Shown piece by piece: positions 55,029 to 64,000 of a stretch of DNA of 64,000 bases (positions within the stretch are counted from its first letter, which is position 1; each line of letters opens with the position of its first letter). The stretch covers positions 256,001-320,000 of the forward strand of contig CAWFKQ010000007.1 of assembly GCA_963816395.1 (NCBI GenBank), written 5' to 3'. Below the pieces are notes generated by a model. That model worked only from the letters and a program-made list of their open reading frames with translations. It had not been told where the DNA came from and made no database searches. Origin of the DNA: an uncultured delta proteobacterium. GTDB taxonomy: Bacteria > Desulfobacterota > Desulfuromonadia > Desulfuromonadales > JACZKF01. The position numbers were made by a program, and so were the translations under genes.

Positions 55029-56542
55029 ATGACCAGACACAACCGTGGCTTTGCCATTTTGCCGGATTTCTCCGGTTTCATCTGCTTTGCTATATTTGCC
55101 GCGCTGGTGAGCAGGGGCAGTAGTCTTCTGAATTGTGCCGATACCTTTTGGCATATCAAAGCCGGAACGGTAATGCTCGAACGGGGAGAGATATTGACCC
55201 ACGACATCTTCTCCCACACGGCATATGGAAAGCCGTGGACGGCACATGAATGGCTGGCGGAAATCATCATGGCCAGCCTGCACCGAGTGGCCGGCCTGCC
55301 GGGAGTCGTCGTATTTTACTGCCTCCTTGCCGCGCTCACCTTCTGGCTCCTCTTTAAAATCGCCAACATGTACGCGGGAGAGCTTGTATCAGCCCTCTGC
55401 GTGGGGGTTGCTTTCCTGCTGGCGAAAGGTCATCTGCTGGCGCGACCTCATCTTTTCACATGGCTCCTTGGGGTTATCACCCTTTATCTGCTGATCAAAG
55501 GCGGTCGCCTGCTCTATATACTCCCCTTCCTGACGGCCCTTTGGGCCAATTTACATGGCGGGGTTCTTCTCGGACTGGTTCTGCAGGGGATCTTTCTAGT
55601 TGGGCATATTCTGGAGTGCTGGCCGATCAAGGAGATATTCGCCCAACGCTACTCAATTGCCCGCGAATGCAAAAAGCCAATTGTCAAGTTCTCAGCCTAA
55701 GCACAATGGCCGTAATGATCAATCCCTTTGGTTATCACCTATTTCTCTTCCCATTCCAGGCAACCGCAGCCATTTTCAGCAAAGGTATTCAGAGTGGCGA
55801 TCTCCAGATCTCCAGGCACACTGGTATTTTCGCCTTTATATACTGACTTTAGCTCTCCTCCTCCTCTGCCGGAAAACCAGGATCAATTGGACCAACCGCC
55901 TGCTGCTCCTGTTCTTATTCAACGCCGCCATGACCCATGTAAGACATGTCAGCATAATGGGAATATTCCTCACTCCATTTTTGGCAAATACCCTTGAACC
56001 CTGGGGTCAGAGACTTAAATCGGTCATGCGCAGGCGAAGCAGAGAACGAGAAAGGAGATGACACTCTCCCAAGTTTCGGGTCCGATTGCAATAGTCATTC
56101 TATTTGCAACTATATTTTCAGCGAGCGCTTTGGCCTCGCCAAGCTGGGAGAAAATCGAATCAGCACTATTTTCACTTCCGGAAAATTTCCCGACCAAGGC
56201 CGCGCAGTTCATCAATCAAAATCAGCCAAAGGGGAAAATGTTCAATGAGTATTCATTAGGAGGATACCTTCTTTATGCTTTAGATTCACCACCTCCAGTT
56301 TTCATTGATGGCCGGGCGGATATGTATCGGAGAAAATATTCGGCGATTACCAGAAAATCAGTAGCGTGGAAGATAGGATTGATCAACTGCTTACAGAATA
56401 TCAAATTGACTGGGTGATATTCCCCCCTTCACGCCTACTAATTCGTTACCTTTTGGCAGGTGGAGACTGGCAGGAAATCTATAAAGATAAGCAGGCATCC
56501 ATTATTATACGAAAAAACTTACTAGTTGATAAAAATAAATAA
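55029..56542 (+). CDS. Polytopic membrane protein, putative GT-C glycosyltransferase (about three frameshifts)
   Basis: DTFWHIKAG..DIFS..W..HEWL, ARPHLF, LWANLHGG, INPFG, EWRSP, VRH, GGYL..VFIDGRADMY. Confidence 0.6.
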
Positions 56543-56743
56543 AGACAATGAAAAAGAAATGGCTAGCAAACCATCAGATACAAATAACTCTTATTTAAAT
56601 ACAATAAAGATGTGAATAAATTTCAGAACAGGTTTCTTAAAATAAAGATGAAATAAAACTTTAATGTTCCCAATATTTAAAATGTAATGGCTAGAACTTT
56701 ATTTTAAATTAAAGCAAATTTCTTATTTACCGGAGATTTGATT

Positions 56744-57744
56744 ATGATTGATCCTCTAAAGGAAAGAGTAGATTTATCAATAGTCATTCCGTGCTTCAAT
56801 GAGGAGGAGGTCTTATTTGAGACATTTCGACGCATAATCGCCGTATGTGAGGAAATGCCAAATTTGTCAGAATTCGAAATCGTCTTCGTCAATGATGGTT
56901 CGCGGGATACCACCTGGTCGAAAATTGAGGGGCTGGTGCACCTGGATTCCCATGTCGTGGGAGTAAATCTATCACGTAATTTTGGACATCAATTGGCTCT
57001 TACCGCCGGCTTAGAGTTGGCTAGAGGTGAACGTATACTCATTCTTGATGCCGACCTACAGGATCCACCCGAAATTTTACCAGATATGATGAAGGCAATG
57101 GATGAAGGCGCAGATGTGGTCTATGGCCGTAGAATTAAAAGAGAAGGAGAATCATGGTTCAAAGAAATTACGGCCAGATGTTTTTACCGGCTTTTAAACA
57201 AAGCTACCGATTTCAGCATCCCGCTTGATACAGGTGATTTCCGACTTATATCAAGAAGAGTAAATGAAGCTCTTTGTAACATGCAAGAGAGGCAGAGGTT
57301 CATTCGCGGAATGGTAGCTTGGTTGGGATACAAACAAGTCGAATTTCCTTATGTCAGAGAAAGACGTTTTGCTGGAACAACCAAATATTCGCTCTCTAAG
57401 ATGTTATCTTTTTCGTTAGACGCCATCACTAGCTTTTCTAATATTCCGATTCGAATATCAGTATTTTTTTCCTTTTTAATAGGCCTCGTATCAATTGCTT
57501 TACTTTGTTATGTCCTTTTCTCATGGATCATTTGGAATACAATCCCTGGGTGGGCCAGCTTGGGGGTAATTATAACATTTATTGGCGCGGTCCAATTACT
57601 AATCTTGGGAATTACAGGTGAGTACGTAGGTAGAATTTATATGGAATCAAAAATCGCCCCCTTTATATGATAGACAAGGTCATAAAAGAAAGGACTTTGT
57701 CACTATCATCAGAACTTCAAGTTAGGGAAAAAAATTATGCATAA
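56744..57744 (+). CDS. GT2 polyprenol-phosphate glycosyltransferase, GtrB-like (frameshift ~57650)
   Basis: IPCFNEE, VNDGSRD, SRNFGHQLAL, DADLQDPP, DTGDFRL, two C-terminal TMs, GEYVGRIY. Confidence 0.88.
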
Positions 57745-58473
57745 ATATTCTAGGTCTTTTTTCGAGTATATTCAGACAGGGTCTATTCGATCTTCTGAAA
57801 TAATTGTACCAATCGTCGGTAAATTGTTGGAGGTGAGATCAGTCCTTGATGTCGGGTGTGGTCGGGGGGCTTGGCTTACGACATGGGGAAAGTACGGCGC
57901 ACGTGTAGTGGGAGTAGATGGAGAATATGCTGACACTGGTAACCTTCTGATCCCAAGGGAAGCGTTCATAGCCAAGGATTTACGTTATCCCTTTGATCTG
58001 AAGGAGCGATTTTCCCTGGTTTAGTGTCTAGAGGTTGCCGAGCATCTCCCTAAAACATGCGCAGAATTGCTTGTCGCATCCTTATGTCGACATAGCGATC
58101 TAGTTCTTTTCTCCTCGGCACTGCCCGGACAAGGAGGTGAGAACCACTTAAATGAGCAGAATTTTGCTTTCTGGCGCAATCTCTTCGGGAAAAGGGCTAC
58201 CACATGCTCGACCCCTTTCGGCCTTCTCTGGGCCCCCACAAGTGGAATAGAGCCATGGTACAAATACAATCTTTTCCTTTTCGCCAGCCAAGGTAAGATG
58301 AAAGAGCTTAAGCATTTAGAGAAATTCGTTATCCCCCTTGACCGTGCCCCTAAGGATATCAGCCCGTGGCCCCACCGGGTGAGAGGGGTTTCATTCGGTG
58401 GTTTCCTGTGGAAATTGTTACAATTCTTTCAAGAGTGAAGCAGTCTTCCGTTCGTCTAATGCGTCAGCAATGA
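57737..58473 (+). CDS. Class I SAM-dependent methyltransferase (frameshifted)
   Basis: VLDVGCGRG, CLEVAEHL, FSSALPGQGGENHLNEQ. Confidence 0.8.
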
Positions 58474-58612
58474 TTACCTCCCCGCGATCCTCTTCTCGCG
58501 GTAAACGCCATTCTCTATAGCAACAGATAAAAAAATCCCCGCCTTTCAGCGAGGACTTTCCACAATTTGAAGGGGCCGAAAGGCCCCGCTTTATTGAACC
58601 GAAAAGCAGGTT

Positions 58613-58834
58613 TCAGATCCTCGAATTTTCCTCCCGGCACCGGGAATCAAAGCGCGGGAATCTCTCCATTTTTCTCAGGATCCGGAACAGAAAAGCGCCG
58701 GAAAATTCGATTTTTTCATGGCAGAAGGGGCAGGTCCTGGAACCGCGGACGGTGATTTCCTTGGCATTCTGACTGAAAATCTGTTGGCAATGGGGGCAGT
58801 CGATCTCCAGGTAGGGGCCAGTCATCCGATACAT
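58613..58834 (-). CDS. Small putative zinc-ribbon protein
   Basis: CPHC..CPFC; SD-like ggag upstream. Confidence 0.5.
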   Translation of the reverse strand: MYRMTGPYLEIDCPHCQQIFSQNAKEITVRGSRTCPFCHEKIEFSGAFLFRILRKMERFPRFDSRCREENSRI

Positions 58835-58971
58835 CTCCTCCGGTCAGGTGGGGGGCGAGATACCGGTGAGATTATCAGAGTTCCCCAACGGATTGCAATG
58901 GGAAATTTGAAATTTCTTATTTTTGTTTTGAAAGTGCCAATGAAATGAATCTTTGAAATGAGCCTGCCCGA

Positions 58972-60057
58972 TCAGCGGGTCCCGGCGCCGAAAAGCCGGT
59001 CATACTGCAGGTTGTCGCCGGCGCGGCACTCGTAGCACTCTCCCACAGCGACGACTTTACCCATCCGCAGCAGCTCGCTGATCGTAACAAACCGGTACCC
59101 GGCGGCCCGAAGCTGGCGCACGAAGCGCGGCAGCGCTTCGGCGGTGCCGTGGCCCCGGCCGTTGGCGTGGCAGATGATGATCGATCCCGGATGGACACCG
59201 GTCAGAACGGTGCGGACGATGCCGTCGGCGGTGCGTTTCGGCGCCGGATCGGCCGTCACCACATCCCATTGAATGGCCGGCAACCCCTGGTTGGCCAGAA
59301 AAGTCAGAGCCTCTCGGCTGCAAGTGCCATAGGGAAAACGGAAAGCCCGGAGCTCGGTGGGTACCCGTGCCACTTCCGCCTGGCCGACCCGGCGGGCGCA
59401 GGGACTCGCGGCCAGTTCCGTGCGGAGAATTTCATATTCCCGCTGGGCCAGCTGCACCTGTTCGGCCATGGCCTGCCCCTTCAGGACCCGGAGATTCCCG
59501 TGGGTCCAGGCGTGATTGCCGATCTCGAACAGCGGATCGGCCATCAACTGCTTGGCCTTGACCGGATGGGACTGCATCCATTTTCCCCCGGCGAAAAAGG
59601 TCGCCTCGACATGATTTTTCCGCAGGAAATTGATAATGGCAGCATCGTACCCGGCGACCTCATTCTCCCTTTCGCAGAGGTCGAAGGTCAGGGCCACCAC
59701 TTTCTTCCCTCCGGCCGGGCGCACCGAACGGATGGAGCCCCGCAGGGCCTTTTCCAGCGGTACAGCGGGGGTGGGCAGACCGAAGGGAGGGGGCAAAAAG
59801 GAAGCGACGGGTCGATGAACGATCCGGTCGTTTGCAGAACCAAGCAGCTCGGCGGAACTCCAGCAGCTCTCCAGAAGAGCTTGGGAACCGAAAGTGGGCA
59901 GCCCGGGAGGGCCGAAATCCTCCGCCCGGCAATGGCCGGTCAGGAGAAAAAAGAAAAAAATCGCAAAAAAAACGCCACCCAGTCTCCCACCGGCCAGCCG
60001 TCCCTTCATCGCCATCGCCTCCTGATTGCGAAACATAGCTGTTTCAGTCGGAGGCAT
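58972..60057 (-). CDS. Polysaccharide deacetylase (CE4/NodB), exported
   Basis: VALTFDLC, ATFF, EIGNHAWTH, FRFPYG, GSIIICH. Confidence 0.88.
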   Translation of the reverse strand: MPPTETAMFRNQEAMAMKGRLAGGRLGGVFFAIFFFFLLTGHCRAEDFGPPGLPTFGSQALLESCWSSAELLGSANDRIVHRPVASFLPPPFGLPTPAVPLEKALRGSIRSVRPAGGKKVVALTFDLCERENEVAGYDAAIINFLRKNHVEATFFAGGKWMQSHPVKAKQLMADPLFEIGNHAWTHGNLRVLKGQAMAEQVQLAQREYEILRTELAASPCARRVGQAEVARVPTELRAFRFPYGTCSREALTFLANQGLPAIQWDVVTADPAPKRTADGIVRTVLTGVHPGSIIICHANGRGHGTAEALPRFVRQLRAAGYRFVTISELLRMGKVVAVGECYECRAGDNLQYDRLFGAGTR

Positions 60058-60083
60058 TTTAATCCTCTTTCCGACAAAAGAAA

Positions 60084-60109
60084 AGGACCAGCCGAATTCG
60101 ACTGGTCCT
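60084..60109 (-). terminator. Terminator downstream of tRNA-Val
   Basis: aggaccag..ctggtcct hairpin with an A-run on the plus strand. Confidence 0.65.
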
Positions 60110-60117
60110 GTTATTTC

Positions 60118-60192
60118 TGGTGGGCGTTGTAGGGATTGAACCTACGACCCCTGCCGTGTGAAGGCAGTGCTCTCCCGCTGAGCTAAACGCCC
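60118..60192 (-). tRNA. tRNA-Val (anticodon CAC)
   Basis: GGGCGTTTAGCTCAGCGGGAGAGCACTGCCTT-CAC-ACGGCAGGGGTCGTAGGTTCAATCCCTACAACGCCCACCA; full cloverleaf with encoded CCA. Confidence 0.97.
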
Positions 60193-60205
60193 GAATGGAG
60201 TTGGA

Positions 60206-60234
60206 TTTATAACAAGTTGGAGGAGGGTTGTCAA
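60206..60234 (-). promoter_or_regulatory. Sigma-70 promoter of tRNA-Val
   Basis: Minus strand TTGACA-17nt-TATAAA. Confidence 0.8.
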
Positions 60235-60244
60235 TGGATAAATC

Positions 60245-60341
60245 GGGGCTAGAGGCTATGGGCAATCGGCTAGAGGGAAGCCAAAGGCAAGTAGACCATC
60301 AGCAAGTTGGGGGTTAGAGACTGGGGCTAGAGGAAAGGCAA
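60245..60341. repeat. Heptamer array (GGCTAGA/GGCAA family), left arm
   Basis: ggggcta gaggcta tgggcaa tcggcta gaggg..ggggcta gaggaaa ggcaa. Confidence 0.7.
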
Positions 60342-60703
60342 CGTCGGAATCCTCTGGATCTTATGAGGGCGCCGAGCATGGAGGCTATTTCCTCCCCTCC
60401 AATCAGCAATGGTCGCGCGATTTCTTCGGACAAATGACCGATTTCCTGTGCAATTTCAAGTTGCGTCAGCAGTTCGGCTAAAGAGCCCTTGGCGATGAAG
60501 AAGAAGCGGATGGCTTCCTTATCGGTCTCCCGCTCGTCCCCCTCTGCGATGTTGCTCGCCACGCTGACAGCCGATCGGCGAATCTGATCACAGAGCGAGA
60601 AATCCCTGGCCATCTCCGGAGAATTCGTTACACGATAAACGTCCACAGCCAAATCCTTCGCCCTCTTCCAAACCTTCAGCTCCCTGAACCCCAGCTTTCC
60701 CAT
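60314..60703 (-). CDS. Four-helix-bundle protein (23S rRNA IVP / TIGR02436-like)
   Basis: FRELKVWKRA..LCDQIRRSAVSVASNIAEG..IAKGSLAELLTQL. Confidence 0.9.
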   Translation of the reverse strand: MGKLGFRELKVWKRAKDLAVDVYRVTNSPEMARDFSLCDQIRRSAVSVASNIAEGDERETDKEAIRFFFIAKGSLAELLTQLEIAQEIGHLSEEIARPLLIGGEEIASMLGALIRSRGFRRCLSSSPSL

Positions 60704-60737
60704 TTCCCCCTCCTTCGATTTCATCCTTGCCGCACTT

Positions 60738-61739
<1,002 letters not shown>

Positions 61740-61808
61740 TGATTCACAACCGAGTTTCAGGATGGTGGTTATTCACTTCGCTCCATCAAGGATTTATCCC
61801 GTTAATCC

Positions 61809-62006
61809 GAATGGCGCTAGTTTAAGCCCTTTTTTCAACTACTGGGGAGTAAACTCGGGACTGTCCCCAGCCCCACCGGGGGCTGTCCCAGATGTTTACG
61901 GGCCATGAAACGCCGATGGTTCGCGCCGCAAAAACCGGGACAGCCCCCGGTGGGGCTGGGGACAGTCCCGGTTTTGCTGACATCCACCCTTAAACTAGCG
62001 CCATTC
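61809..62006. mobile_element. 198-bp non-autonomous MITE with 18-bp TIR and 10-bp TSD
   Basis: TIR gaatggcgctagtttaag (61809-61826) / cttaaactagcgccattc (61989-62006); TSD ccgttaatcc (61799-61808, 62007-62016); internal perfect 34-bp IR (61856-61889 / 61937-61970). Confidence 0.92.
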
Positions 62007-62087
62007 CCGTTAATCCCCTTTATCCCTGTAAATTGCTTTGACGTGGTTCGAAAAATAGCATTACTGGAGTCAAGGGCATAACCAGAT

Positions 62088-62846
62088 TCAGGATTTTAGA
62101 AAGGCCGCGGCGCGGTCGCGCAGGATGCCCGAGGAAACCAGAGTGGAGAAGGCGCCGAGTTCCATCGTCTGGCCGTTCTTCAGGTCAATGTCGCCGGCGG
62201 CATTCACCAGTTTCTTGCCGTAGGCCAGGGCGGCCGGGCTCATGGCGGCCATGTGACGGGCGAAAGATTGCACTTCGGACCAGAAGGAAGCATGGGGGAA
62301 GACACGGTCGACCAGCCCCATGCGCAGGGCCTCGGCGGCCCCGTAGGCCTCGGCGGTCATGAACATTTCCAGTGCAAAATTGCGCCCCACCTGGCGGGGC
62401 AGCTTCTGGGTGCCCCCGAAGCCGGTGATGATCCCCAGCTTGGCGCCGGGATGGGCGATGCGCAGGCGGTCGCTGGCCAGGCGGATGTCGCAGGCCAGGG
62501 CCAGGTCGCAGCCGCCGCCCATGGTAATGCCGTTCAGGGCGCCGATGATCGGCTTGTCCGCGGCCTCCATCTGCTCGAACAGGGCCTGCCCCTGTTCGGA
62601 GAATTCGAGCGCATCCAGAGGCGCGAAATCCTTCATCTCAGCGATGTTGGCGCCGACCGCGAAACTCTCCCCCTGGCCGCCGGAAAGGACGATGCAGACC
62701 ACCGCCGGGTCAGTTTCCAGCACCCGCAGCGCTTCCCGGATCTCGCCGATGCACCCCCGATGCAGGGTATTGAAACGGCCGCCGTTGTCGAGAATCAGGT
62801 AACCGACGCCCGCCTCGATTTCAAGGTGCAGAGTCTGCCAGGACAT
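62088..62846 (-). CDS. Enoyl-CoA hydratase/isomerase
   Basis: FAVGANI, KPIIGALNG..GGGCDLALACDIR, GFGGTQKLPR. Confidence 0.88.
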   Translation of the reverse strand: MSWQTLHLEIEAGVGYLILDNGGRFNTLHRGCIGEIREALRVLETDPAVVCIVLSGGQGESFAVGANIAEMKDFAPLDALEFSEQGQALFEQMEAADKPIIGALNGITMGGGCDLALACDIRLASDRLRIAHPGAKLGIITGFGGTQKLPRQVGRNFALEMFMTAEAYGAAEALRMGLVDRVFPHASFWSEVQSFARHMAAMSPAALAYGKKLVNAAGDIDLKNGQTMELGAFSTLVSSGILRDRAAAFLKS

Positions 62847-62853
62847 GATCCCC

Positions 62854-63258
62854 TCAGGCGCGCGGCCGGATGTTTTCCTTCACCCATTGATTGATCGCCT
62901 CGGTGCTGGTGCCCGGAGTGAAGATTTCCTTGACGCCGGCCGATTTCAGCCCGGGGATGTCGTCCTCGGGAATGATGCCGCCGCCGAACACCGGGATGTC
63001 TTCCGCGCCCTTCTGCCGGAGCAGCTCGACCACCCGGGGGAAAAGGGTGTTGTGGGCACCGGAAAGGATGGACAGGGTCACCGCGTCCACATCCTCCTGG
63101 ATGGCGGTGTTGACGATCTGCTCCGGGGTCTGGCGCAGGCCGGTATAGATCACCTCGAAGCCGGCGTCGCGGAAGGCCCGGGCAACAATCTTCGCCCCCC
63201 GGTCATGCCCGTCCAGCCCCGGCTTCGCCACCAGCAGTCGCAGTTTTCTTTCTGTCAT
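62854..63258 (-). CDS. Cobalamin-binding subunit of acyl-CoA (methylmalonyl-CoA) mutase
   Basis: [28 protein letters not shown]. Confidence 0.93.
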   Translation of the reverse strand: MTERKLRLLVAKPGLDGHDRGAKIVARAFRDAGFEVIYTGLRQTPEQIVNTAIQEDVDAVTLSILSGAHNTLFPRVVELLRQKGAEDIPVFGGGIIPEDDIPGLKSAGVKEIFTPGTSTEAINQWVKENIRPRA

Positions 63259-63453
63259 GATGTTCATCTCCTTCAGGGCAGGAATTGCAAAAATCGATTT
63301 AAACGACCCGTTCGCTACGCTCACTGGAGGACACTGAGAACTACATGAGAAATCATGTTCACAGACAAGAATCTGAATGGGTTTAAAACCAAAAAAAGAG
63401 TTTCTCAGTTTCTCAAGTCTTTGCTGCAGTGCTCTTCAGATTGGTGAAGCTCT

Positions 63454-63559
63454 CTTAACGCGAAGCCGCAAAGGTTGAAACCAAGTCGCAAAGAAAATCA
63501 GAACCTGGCTTCGGTTTCTTTGCGCCTTTCATTCTTCTTTGCGCTCTTTGCGTTAAGAG
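63454..63559. repeat. Palindromic element (CGCAAAG family)
   Basis: ctcttaacgcgaagccgcaaag..cgcaaagaaa / tttctttgcg..ctttgcgctctttgcgttaagag. Confidence 0.7.
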
Positions 63560-63602
63560 CCTTCTCGTTTCTTTGACCTGAACAGTTACAAAAGGTTTAT
63601 GT

Positions 63603-64000
63603 CTAAGATTCTATCCCTTTACGCGCGTGCTGGCCGGAGTGGAAGTAATGCTTGATCTCGCGCATCTCGGTGACCAGGTCGGCCAGTTCAATGATTTCCG
63701 GGTGGGCGCCGCGGCCGGTGAGGATGAGTTCGGTGTGGGCGGGTTTGCCCAGGACCAGCGTCCTTGACATCGGCCAGGGGGAGGAGGCCGAAATCGACGG
63801 CGCAGTTGATTTCGTCGAGGACCACCAGGTCGTAATCGCCGGAGAGTACATCCTGTTTGGCTTTGTCGAACCCCTCGCGGGCAAAGCGGACATCTTCCGG
63901 ATCGGGATGGCTGCGCGAGACGAAAGTATCCCGCCCCACCTGCTCGATGCTCAGCTCGGGCGCCAGCCGCCGCGCCGCGGCCAGCTCACCGTAAACGGTG
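63603..64000 (-). CDS. cobO: Cob(I)yrinic acid a,c-diamide adenosyltransferase (partial; frameshift ~63765)
   Basis: YDLVVLDEINCA in one frame; ELILTGRGA..ADLVTEMREIKH..ARKGIE in the next. Confidence 0.85.

Noticed and set aside
60314..60703. Diversity-generating retroelement (Avd-like protein)
   Set aside because: No reverse transcriptase and no TR/VR pair with adenine-specific mismatches seen.
63300..63600. Cobalamin riboswitch between cobO and the mutase subunit
   Set aside because: No B12-box or GGGAA/GCCACTG pattern recognised; the region is largely explained by palindromic repeats.

Overview
GC-rich bacterial chromosomal segment, most consistent with a Desulfuromonadales/Geobacterales-type deltaproteobacterium (inferred from gene content). 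1-28.7 kb is housekeeping: holC, a four-subunit 2-oxoacid:ferredoxin oxidoreductase operon, apgM, xerD, glnD, amidase, mutS, CDF transporter, GAF-containing MCP, ROK kinase, exbBD, maeB, thrC, glnB-glnA with a sigma-54 promoter, NUDIX and ALDH. 28.8-60.1 kb is accessory: an AAA ATPase, an orphan lpxA, a ~7 kb stack of five toxin-antitoxin modules plus an AAA_14 ATPase stitched together by duplicated gene 3' ends, a Flp/Tad pilus locus, a beta-barrel protein, an Ig-like lipoprotein, a two-component pair, a putative GT-C/GT2/methyltransferase glycosylation cassette and a polysaccharide deacetylase, ending at tRNA-Val(CAC). 60.3-64 kb holds a four-helix-bundle gene and a B12/acyl-CoA mutase cluster. 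More than 20 genes are split by single-base frameshifts, most likely sequencing/consensus errors. Intergenic DNA carries at least six families of palindromic or periodic repeats. One is a clean 198-bp MITE (18-bp TIR, 10-bp TSD) inserted into another repeat. Another is a heptamer inverted-array family found both empty and flanking the four-helix-bundle gene. All product calls come from motif recognition, not database searches.
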